From a bacterium (GTDB lineage: Bacteria; Sysuimicrobiota; Sysuimicrobiia; Sysuimicrobiales; Kaftiobacteriaceae): a DNA stretch of 38,991 nucleotides. Made by a program: the position numbers and the translations under genes. Shown here piece by piece: positions 9,968-18,195 of this stretch. The stretch is taken from positions 1 through 38,991 of the forward strand of contig DASSGA010000073.1 of assembly GCA_035693805.1 (NCBI GenBank), read 5' to 3'. The notes under the pieces were generated by a model that was not told where the DNA came from, searched no databases, and saw nothing but the letters and a program-made list of their open reading frames with translations. Position 1 is the first letter of the stretch; each line of letters opens with the position of its first letter.

Positions 9968-10228
9968 ATGGCGCACAAGAAAGGCATGGGATCGTCCCGC
10001 AACGGGCGGGACAGCAAGAGTAAACGGCTGGGCGTGAAGGCGTACGCCGGCGCGCAGGTCACGGCCGGCAGCGTGCTCATCCGCCAGCGCGGCACGAAGG
10101 TGCAGCCGGGAACGAATGTCGGCATCGGCCGCGACTTCACCCTGTTCGCGCTGGTCGGCGGCCGGGTGGCCTTCGAGCGCCGCGGGCGCGATGGCAAGCA
10201 GGTGAGCGTCTATCCCGTGCAGGCGTAG
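9968..10228 (+). CDS. rpmA: 50S ribosomal protein L27
   Basis: [24 protein letters not shown].. is canonical L27, with no N-terminal propeptide. Confidence 0.95.
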   Translation: MAHKKGMGSSRNGRDSKSKRLGVKAYAGAQVTAGSVLIRQRGTKVQPGTNVGIGRDFTLFALVGGRVAFERRGRDGKQVSVYPVQA

Positions 10229-10255
10229 CACGCGGCTTTCATAGGTCCGATGTGA

Positions 10256-11371
<1,116 letters not shown>

Positions 11372-11391
11372 TCGCAGACAAGGAGGGGGCA

Positions 11392-12021
11392 GTGGCGCGA
11401 GTCGGCATCATGGGCGGGACGTTCGATCCGGTGCACCACGGTCACCTGGTCACGGCCGAGGAGGCCCGCGTCCAGTTCACGCTGGAGCACGTGTACTTCG
11501 TGCCCAACCGGTACCCGCCCCACAAGCAGCTCGACCAGGTCACCGACCCCGAACACCGGTTCCGGATGACGAGCCTGGCTGTGCGGACCAATCCCCGCTT
11601 CTCCGTCTCGCGCCTCGAGATCGACCGGAGGGGCCCATCTTACACGATCGACACGCTGCTGGCGCTGCGCGCCGAGCACAACGCGCGCGACCTCTACTAC
11701 ATCACCGGCGCCGACGCCATCCTCCAGATCGTCCGCGGGGAATGGGAGCGGTCCCCCGAGCTGCTCACGTTGTGCCAGTTCATCGCGGCGAGCCGCCCCG
11801 GGTTTCCGATCGATGTCCATGACCTCCGGCGCTACAACGTGACCCGGCAGCATCTCGACAACCTGCACGTGATGGAGATTCCCGCGCTGTCCATCTCCTC
11901 GACGGACATCCGGCGCCGCGTCGCCGAGGGGCGCCCCATCCGCTACCTGCTGCCCGACGAAGTGGCGGCGTACATCGCCGAGCAGGGCCTGTATCGTCCG
12001 CCCGTTAGGTCCCTGCAGTGA
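11392..12021 (+). CDS. nadD: nicotinate-nucleotide adenylyltransferase
   Basis: GGTFDPVHHGH (HxGH nucleotidyltransferase motif) and ISSTDIRRR. Conserved obg-nadD-rsfS order. Confidence 0.9.
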   Translation: MARVGIMGGTFDPVHHGHLVTAEEARVQFTLEHVYFVPNRYPPHKQLDQVTDPEHRFRMTSLAVRTNPRFSVSRLEIDRRGPSYTIDTLLALRAEHNARDLYYITGADAILQIVRGEWERSPELLTLCQFIAASRPGFPIDVHDLRRYNVTRQHLDNLHVMEIPALSISSTDIRRRVAEGRPIRYLLPDEVAAYIAEQGLYRPPVRSLQ

Positions 12022-12359
12022 AATCGGCGCGCCAGCTAGCCCTGGTCGCAGCCGAGGCGATGGATGCGAAGAAAGCCGACAACGTCGTCGTGCTCGACCT
12101 GCGCCGGCACACCCCCGTTGCCGACTACTTCGTGATCGGCTCGGCGGAGACGATGGTGCAGTTGCGGGCCGTGAGCGAAGGGGTGGAAGAGGCCCTGACC
12201 GAGGAGGGGGTTCGGCTGCTCGGCCGGGAAGGCCACGCGCGCGCGCGGTGGATCCTGCTGGATTTCGGGCCCGTGGTCGTGCACGTCTTCGGCCCGGACG
12301 CCCGCCGCCTGTACAGTCTCGAGCGGCTCTGGGCCGACGCGCCGATCGTCGACTGGTGA
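12018..12359 (+). CDS. rsfS: ribosome silencing factor RsfS (IojAP family)
   Basis: 113 aa. DYFVI.S..S..Q..A....V and W.L.D.G.VVVHVF signatures. 4-nt overlap with nadD. Confidence 0.9.
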   Translation: MKSARQLALVAAEAMDAKKADNVVVLDLRRHTPVADYFVIGSAETMVQLRAVSEGVEEALTEEGVRLLGREGHARARWILLDFGPVVVHVFGPDARRLYSLERLWADAPIVDW

Positions 12360-13240
12360 TGGCCTCCCCGAAGCTGGTCTTTCGCCCCGCAGAACCCGCC
12401 GACGTCGCCGCGCTGGTCAGCCTCTACGACCGCCACTATTGCGGCGGCTACTCGGCTTGTTTCGATCGCTACGGCCCGGCGACGCCGCAGAACTTCTGGT
12501 GGGTGCAGTCCGAGAAGTCGGTGACCGTCGTCGAGCTGAACCGGCACCCGGTCGGCCTCGTCATCCTCGGGCGATCGGGCAAGCGGTTCCTTGCGGAGGA
12601 AGTACTCCTCGACGCGGTGCCGGAAGGGGGCGATCCTCCGCTTCGCCAGCTGCACGACTGGCTCACGGCGCGTTTCCAGCAGGAGCGACAGGACGTCCTC
12701 ACGATGCGATGCGCGGAGATCAACGCCGCGGCCCTCGCCATCGCACGGTCATTCGGATTCACGTTCGGGAACGCACTGCTGGTCGCCACGAGTAGGGCCC
12801 CAGGCGGTAGCGGGGCGGCGGGGGCCGGCAGTGCGCCGGAGGGTTATCACATCCGCCGGGCCGCGCAGGCTGACGGGAAGCACATCGCGCGCCTGCACGA
12901 GGAGACGATCGGGCACGCGCTGCGGAGCAGCGATTTGGACGCTCTCTGGCGCCAGCCCGACGTTCGGGTCATGCTGGCAGAGCGGGAGAAGTTTCCCGTA
13001 GGCCTGCTGATCGCGCAGGTCAGAGACGGCGCGGGCCGATGGACGGTCGGTGTTCGGGAGGGCCACCGGGGCCGGGGCATCGGACGCACGCTCGCGCATG
13101 CGGCCCATCAGTTCTTCCAGGCCAAGCGCGTCCCGTCCATGACGACGTACTGGGGCACGGATGTCGCCGCAGCGGGCTTCATCCGCGCGCTCGGGGCCCG
13201 GACCGAGCGGACGTACCTCTACTTCGAGCGGGCGCTGTAG
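12359..13240 (+). CDS. tandem-GNAT N-acetyltransferase
   Basis: ATG 12359 overlaps the rsfS stop (TGATG); the track ORF begins earlier at 12248 inside rsfS. Two GNAT-like halves. The second carries the acetyl-CoA loop REGHRGRGIGRTL. Confidence 0.7.
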   Translation: MASPKLVFRPAEPADVAALVSLYDRHYCGGYSACFDRYGPATPQNFWWVQSEKSVTVVELNRHPVGLVILGRSGKRFLAEEVLLDAVPEGGDPPLRQLHDWLTARFQQERQDVLTMRCAEINAAALAIARSFGFTFGNALLVATSRAPGGSGAAGAGSAPEGYHIRRAAQADGKHIARLHEETIGHALRSSDLDALWRQPDVRVMLAEREKFPVGLLIAQVRDGAGRWTVGVREGHRGRGIGRTLAHAAHQFFQAKRVPSMTTYWGTDVAAAGFIRALGARTERTYLYFERAL

Positions 13241-13349
13241 TCAAGTGGCGGCGCCCGGAGGTCCTGTTGGCTCGGGGCTGCCCCGGTCCGGTGGTAGTGC
13301 ACCCGGACGATCGGTCGAGACCGGCGCATCCCCGACGGGGGGCCTTCCG

Positions 13350-14134
13350 ACCGAGATACAGGTTGGCTTCATAGTTATTGTGCGCACGGCACCGGAGCTG
13401 GATGTTGCCGGCGGTGGCCTGTCCAGCAGTCGCCGCGAACTTCTGCTTCGTCAGATCCGTGAGCAGCGCCGTCAGAGCGCGCGTTCCAGGATCTTCCCCA
13501 CATCCCCATCCGGTATCTGGTGCCGCAGGAGATCCCGGGCCGCGCGCAGCCTCGCCTGCATCTCGGCACTCGCCGTGAACTGCACCCTGTAGCATTGCGG
13601 GGCCAGCGGGGTGATGGTGCTCCTGTGCGCAGCCGCAGGTCCCGCGGTGACAGGGTGGCCCGGGGCCGGCGGCGAGCCATGCGCCATGTTCGGCAGGCTG
13701 CGCATGGACGAGCGGACCGGGGGCCGGGGTCGCAGCTGCGCGACGAGTTCTTCGACCTGACGCCGGCTCTTGTGCCTGACCGCCGTGAGGAGTTCACGAT
13801 GGTTGCATGTAGTGAGCTCGGGGGCGAGCAGCGTGATCGTCGTCAGGTTGACCGCCCCCTCGCCGAGCAGATCGAGGATGACTGGATACCGCCGAGCCGC
13901 CTGGATGCGACCGTACGCGGCGTGCTCGGAGAGGTGAAGGACCTGCGTGAGGTAGGTGAAGAGGGACGAGCATCCTTCGGCGAGGTACAGCTGTCGCTCG
14001 TCCAGGACGGACAGGTGGACGATCAGCACGGCGGTGGCGCGCCGCTCGTGGTCGGCCAGCTCTCTGACACGCGCGATAAGCTCGTGATTGGAGAGCCCTC
14101 GAGCACACGACATCATCCCCCGACTCGTGGACAT
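13350..14134 (-). pseudogene. decayed HNH endonuclease gene (frameshift plus loss of HNH core)
   Basis: The N-part (track ORF 13472..14236) has the family signature LYLAEGCSSLFTYLTQVLHLSEHAAYGRI..NLTTITLLAP..AVRHKSRRQVEELVA and ends ..ILERAL*. The expected continuation LTALLTDLTKQKFAAT..NIQLRCRAHNNYEA is in another frame (track ORF 13179..13595). The switch is at a CGCGCGC run (13477-13483). Confidence 0.65.
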
Positions 14135-14252
14135 GGTCTCCGTGCTCGCAAACGCCGCTTCTGTGCTCATGACTATCCATGATGGTGATCTGGCGCCTGC
14201 GCACAATGAACCACACGGGCTGCTCGGCCCATCCACGGAGGGACCGCGTCGA

Positions 14253-14282
14253 TTGACGGATCTCGGGAGCCGTCGGTATAAT
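14253..14282 (+). promoter_or_regulatory. sigma-70-type promoter of the T-box/ilvE-leuS operon
   Basis: TTGACG (14253-14258), 18-nt spacer, TATAAT (14277-14282). T-box Stem I begins about 15 nt downstream. Confidence 0.6.
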
Positions 14283-14476
14283 GACAGGGTCTGAAACGCG
14301 ATGAGCGGAAGCAGTAGGCTGGTGCTCGGGATGGAGCGAGCCGGTGGAGAGGGTGGAACGACCGGCGCCAGGAGTCAGCCGAACTCGTCCGCGAGCAGCA
14401 GGCCCGACCGCGCAGGGGCGTCTGGCGCGCAGGGCCGCCGTCCTCACACGATACGTGAGTTGAGCGGATAGCGAAT

Positions 14477-14551
14477 GGGGCTGTAGCTCAGCGGGAGAGC
14501 GCCCGCTTGGCGTGCGGGAGGTCGAGGGTTCAATTCCCTCCAGCTCCACCA
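14477..14551 (+). tRNA. tRNA-Ala (anticodon GGC), CCA encoded
   Basis: Full cloverleaf by hand: acceptor GGGGCUG/CAGCUCC with G3-U70, D stem GCUC/GAGC, anticodon stem CCCGC/GCGGG with loop UUGGCGU, variable loop AGGUC, T arm GAGGG-UUCAAUU-CCCUC, discriminator A, CCA. Confidence 0.93.
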
Positions 14552-14582
14552 GATCGCTATCACGTTGGGTGGTACCGCGGAG

Positions 14583-14622
14583 GCCGCCTTCGTCCCAATG
14601 GCGACGGCGGCATTTGTGTTTT
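14583..14622 (+). terminator. T-box intrinsic terminator
   Basis: GCCGCC(U)UCGUC-CCAAU-GGCGA(C)GGCGGC hairpin followed by AUUUGUGUUUU. Its 5' arm overlaps the 3' half of the antiterminator. Confidence 0.8.
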
Positions 14623-14663
14623 CACCGGCGATCTGCTCGTTCATCAACGACGGGGGGATGGCG

Positions 14664-15692
14664 ATGGGGGGCGCGGCATCGATCTGGTTCAACGGGGCCT
14701 TGGTGAACGCGGCGGAGGCGCGCGTGCCGGTCACGGCGCACGCCCTGCACTATGGCAGCAGCGTCTTCGAGGGGATCCGGGCCTACGCGACGCCGAAAGG
14801 GCCGGCCGTATTCTGCCTGCCCCAGCACGTGCGGCGGTTGATGGACTCGTGCCGGATCTTCAGGATGACGCTGCCGTACACAGCCACCGAGGTAACGGAG
14901 GCGATCGTGGCCACGGTGCGCGCGAACAAGCACGAGAGCTGCTACATCCGTCCGCTCGTGTTTCGCGGGCCGGGGACGTTCAGCCTCGACCCGCGGACGG
15001 CCTCGGTTGAAGTGGCGATCATCACCTTCGAGTGGGGACGCTACCTGGGGCACGAGGCCGTGGAGCAGGGTGTCGACGTGATGGTCAGTTCCTGGCGGCG
15101 CGCCGCGCCCGATACCGCCGTGCCGATGGCGAAGATCGGCGGACAGTACGTGACCTCGCAGTTCATCGCGATGGAGGCCGCCGACCACGGTTTCAACGAG
15201 GGCATCGCCCTGGACGCGCAAGGGTTCATCAGCGAGGGCAGCGGCGAGAACGTCTTCATGGTGCGCGACGGGGTGGTGTTCACCCCGCCGCTGTCGGCGG
15301 GCGTCCTGCCCGGCGTCACGCGCGCGGCCGTGCTGACCCTGCTGCGCGATCTCGGGCTTCCGGTCCGTGAGGAGCCATTGCTGCGCGAGACATTGTACAT
15401 GGCCGACGAGGTGTTCTTCACCGGCACCGCCGCGGAGATCACACCGGTGCGGTCGGTGGACCGCATCGCGGTCGGCGAGGGCCGCCGGGGACCGGTGACG
15501 GCCAAGGTGGCCGAGCAGTTCTTCGGGATCACCGGGGGGCACCTGCCCGACCGACACGGCTGGCTCACGTACGTGAGCGCCGACCGGCCCAGCAGCGCCA
15601 CTCGCTCCGGCAGCGGGGATGACTCGGGCGACGGCCACCGTGCGGGCGACGGTCCCGCGCCGGCGCGCCGCGGCAGCGGCGAGCGGGCGTAG
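14664..15692 (+). CDS. ilvE: branched-chain amino acid aminotransferase (class IV PLP)
   Basis: IWFNGALV..A.V.V..HALHYGSSVFEGIRAY matches the IlvE N-terminus. ATG 14664 has GGGGGG 6 nt upstream; ATG 14658 is also possible. The track start 14565 lies inside the T-box. 38-aa low-complexity C-terminal tail. Confidence 0.9.
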   Translation: MGGAASIWFNGALVNAAEARVPVTAHALHYGSSVFEGIRAYATPKGPAVFCLPQHVRRLMDSCRIFRMTLPYTATEVTEAIVATVRANKHESCYIRPLVFRGPGTFSLDPRTASVEVAIITFEWGRYLGHEAVEQGVDVMVSSWRRAAPDTAVPMAKIGGQYVTSQFIAMEAADHGFNEGIALDAQGFISEGSGENVFMVRDGVVFTPPLSAGVLPGVTRAAVLTLLRDLGLPVREEPLLRETLYMADEVFFTGTAAEITPVRSVDRIAVGEGRRGPVTAKVAEQFFGITGGHLPDRHGWLTYVSADRPSSATRSGSGDDSGDGHRAGDGPAPARRGSGERA

Positions 15693-15707
15693 AGGAGTCG
15701 AACGTCC

Positions 15708-18164
15708 ATGGTCCAGCGATACGATCCGGTGTCGATCGAGGCGAAGTGGCAGGCGCGGTGGGAGGCCGACGGGCTGCACCACGCCCGCGACTTCGATCCG
15801 GCCCCGAAGTGGTACTTCCTGACGATGTACCCGTATCCATCGGGGGACCTGCACATCGGTCACTGGTACGCGATGGCGCCCTCCGACGCCGCGGCGCGCT
15901 TCAAGCGGATGCAGGGGTACAACGTGATGTTCCCGATCGGCTTCGACGCCTTCGGACTCCCGGCGGAAAACGCCGCCATCCAGCACAAGATCCATCCGTA
16001 TCGATGGACGATGGACAACATCGCCCGGATGCGAGCGCAGCTGCGCTCCATGGGGGCGATGTGGGACTGGCAGCGCGAGGTCGTCACCTGCGATCCCGAC
16101 TACTACCGCTGGAACCAGTGGTTCTTCCTGAAGATGTACGAGAAGGGGCTGGCCTACCGGGCGCTCGCGCCGGTGGACTGGTGCCCCACGGACAACACGA
16201 CCCTGGCCCGCGAGCAGGTCGTCGGCGAGGAGCGGGTCTGCGAGCGCTGCGGGACACCGGTCATCAAGAAGAACCTGGAGCAGTGGTTCCTCCGGATCAC
16301 GGCATACGCCGACGAACTGCTGGACTTCTCCGGCATCGAGTGGCCCGAGCGCGTGCGGGTGCTGCAGGAGAACTGGATCGGCAAGAGCGTCGGCGTCGAG
16401 TTCGAGCTGAAGATCGCCGGCCACGCCGGGGTAGGGTTCCGCGTCTTCACGACGCGTCCCGACACCGTGTACGGGATGACCTTTGCGGTCCTGGCGCCGG
16501 AACATCCCCTGGTTGATCGTCTCACCGCGCCGGACCGCAGAGCACAGGTTGAGGCCTACAAGTTCAAGGCGGCGCGCGAGTCCGACATCGAGCGGATGTC
16601 CACCGAGAAAGAGCGCGACGGCGTCTTCATCGGTGCGTACGCCTTGAACCCGATGAACCAGGAGCAGGTGCCGATCTTCATCGCGGACTATGTGCTGCTG
16701 ACCTATGGCACCGGCGCCATCCAGGGCGTGCCGGCCCACGACGCGCGGGACTTCGACTTCGCAAAGAAGTACCGCCTGCCGATCCCCGTCGTCATCGCCC
16801 CCCCGAGCTGGGACGGCGCCCCGCCGCGCGAGGCCTATCTGGGCGAGGGGACGATGGTGAACTCAGGTCCGTTCGACGGCATGCCGTCCGCGATGGGCTG
16901 GCAAGCCATCGCGGACTCCATGGAGCAGCATCGTCTCGGCGAGAGGAAAGTGAACTACAGGCTGCATGACTGGCTGATCAGCCGCCAGCGGTACTGGGGG
17001 ACGCCGATTCCGATCCTCTACTGCCCGCGCTGCGGAACCGTGCCGGTCCCGGAGACGGATCTGCCGGTCCGGCTCCCGATGGACGCGGAGTTCCTGCCGA
17101 CCGGCGAGTCGCCGCTCAAGCAGCACGAAGGCTTCCGGAAGGTCGCGTGTCCGACCTGCGGTGGGGAGGCCGAGCGCGAGACGGACACGATGGACACCTT
17201 CATCGACTCGTCCTGGTATCAGTACCGGTACGTCAGCCCGCACGAGCCCGACCGTCCCTTCGACCCGGCGCCGGGCGCGTACTGGCTGCCGGTCGATCAG
17301 TACACGGGCGGCGTCGAGCACGCCGTGATGCACCTGCTGTATACGCGGTTCTGGACGAAGGTGATGCGCGATCTGGGGCTGGTGACCTTTGGGGAACCGA
17401 TGACGCGGCTGTTCAACCAGGGCGTCATCCTGGGCGAAGACGGCGAGAAGATGAGCAAGTCTCGCGGCAACGTGGTGAACCCGGACGACTACGTCGCCAC
17501 GATGGGCGCGGACGTGGTGCGCGCGTACCTGATGTTCATCGGGCCGTGGGACGGCGGCGGCCCCTGGAACAGCCGGGGGATCGAAGGCGCGCAGCGCTTC
17601 CTGCAGCGGGTGTGGATGGTCGTTGCCGGCAGTGCGTCATCCGAGCGTGGAGCATCGGCGGCGCCTTCAGCCAATGGCACACGGGACCTGCGGCATTGGA
17701 CGCACAGAACGATCAAGAGAGTCACCGAAGATCTCCACGGCTTCCACTTCAATACCGCGATCGCCGCGATGATGGAGTTCGTGAACTTCCTGACCAAGGG
17801 CAAGGAGGTCATGGCCGGCACACCGGCCTGGCGCGAAGCGATCCGCACGCTCGTGCTGCTGCTCGCGCCCATCGCGCCGCACCTCGCCGAGGAGCTGTGG
17901 GAGAAGCTCGGCGGGCCGTACAGCGTGCACCGGCAGGCGTGGCCCGCGTACGATGACACGCTGGCGCGCGCGGAGCTGGTCACCCTGGTGCTGCAGGTCA
18001 ACGGCAGGGTGCGTGACCGCATCATGGTCTCGGCCGAGCTCAGCGAGGCCGAGGCTCGGCAGTTGGCGCTTCAGAATGAGAGGGTCAAGAAGTTCGTGAA
18101 TGGGAAGTCGGTCGCCGACGTCGTGGTCGTGCCCGGCCGCTTGGTGAACGTCGTTACGGGGTGA
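15708..18164 (+). CDS. leuS: leucyl-tRNA synthetase (canonical copy)
   Basis: 818 aa. HIGH (15852-15863), KMSKS (17448-17462), CP1 editing motifs TTRPDT and GTGAIQGVPAHDARD, LeuRS C-terminal domain. Confidence 0.95.
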   Translation: MVQRYDPVSIEAKWQARWEADGLHHARDFDPAPKWYFLTMYPYPSGDLHIGHWYAMAPSDAAARFKRMQGYNVMFPIGFDAFGLPAENAAIQHKIHPYRWTMDNIARMRAQLRSMGAMWDWQREVVTCDPDYYRWNQWFFLKMYEKGLAYRALAPVDWCPTDNTTLAREQVVGEERVCERCGTPVIKKNLEQWFLRITAYADELLDFSGIEWPERVRVLQENWIGKSVGVEFELKIAGHAGVGFRVFTTRPDTVYGMTFAVLAPEHPLVDRLTAPDRRAQVEAYKFKAARESDIERMSTEKERDGVFIGAYALNPMNQEQVPIFIADYVLLTYGTGAIQGVPAHDARDFDFAKKYRLPIPVVIAPPSWDGAPPREAYLGEGTMVNSGPFDGMPSAMGWQAIADSMEQHRLGERKVNYRLHDWLISRQRYWGTPIPILYCPRCGTVPVPETDLPVRLPMDAEFLPTGESPLKQHEGFRKVACPTCGGEAERETDTMDTFIDSSWYQYRYVSPHEPDRPFDPAPGAYWLPVDQYTGGVEHAVMHLLYTRFWTKVMRDLGLVTFGEPMTRLFNQGVILGEDGEKMSKSRGNVVNPDDYVATMGADVVRAYLMFIGPWDGGGPWNSRGIEGAQRFLQRVWMVVAGSASSERGASAAPSANGTRDLRHWTHRTIKRVTEDLHGFHFNTAIAAMMEFVNFLTKGKEVMAGTPAWREAIRTLVLLLAPIAPHLAEELWEKLGGPYSVHRQAWPAYDDTLARAELVTLVLQVNGRVRDRIMVSAELSEAEARQLALQNERVKKFVNGKSVADVVVVPGRLVNVVTG

Positions 18165-18195
18165 ACGCCGCGGTGACGCCGATCGAGGGGGTCGC

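Larger units (their letters stand above)
14296..14623 (+). promoter_or_regulatory. T-box riboswitch leader, Leu (CUC) specifier, transcription-attenuation type
   Basis: Stem I 14297-14396: K-turn GCG-AUGA-GCGG/CCGC-GA-GC, AGUA (14313-14316), AG bulge AGCGA (14335-14339), specifier loop GAA-CUC-G (CUC 14384-14386). T-box box UUGGGUGGUACCGCGG (14565-14580). Antiterminator: A1 UUGGG/CCCAA, bulge UGGUACC, A2 GCGGAG/CUUCGU. It competes with terminator 14583-14611 plus AUUUGUGUUUU. Confidence 0.85.

Noticed and set aside
13179-13595. 138-aa minus-strand ORF treated as an independent gene
   Set aside because: Its only meaningful part (..ALTALLTDLTKQKFAAT..NIQLRCRAHNNYEA) is the shifted C-terminal remnant of the HNH pseudogene. 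The rest runs on into the GNAT gene end only because no stop codon occurs.
14477-14551. The tRNA as merely adjacent to, rather than inside, a regulatory leader
   Set aside because: Stem I with the specifier lies upstream (14297-14396) and the T-box box, antiterminator and terminator lie downstream (14565-14622). The tRNA is bracketed by a complementary helix. There is not enough sequence downstream of the tRNA (13 nt) to hold a separate Stem I.
14622-16739. 705-aa minus-strand ORF spanning ilvE and the start of leuS
   Set aside because: It is antisense to two strongly supported genes, crosses their intergenic gap, and has low-complexity Arg/Pro/Gly/His composition. GC artefact.
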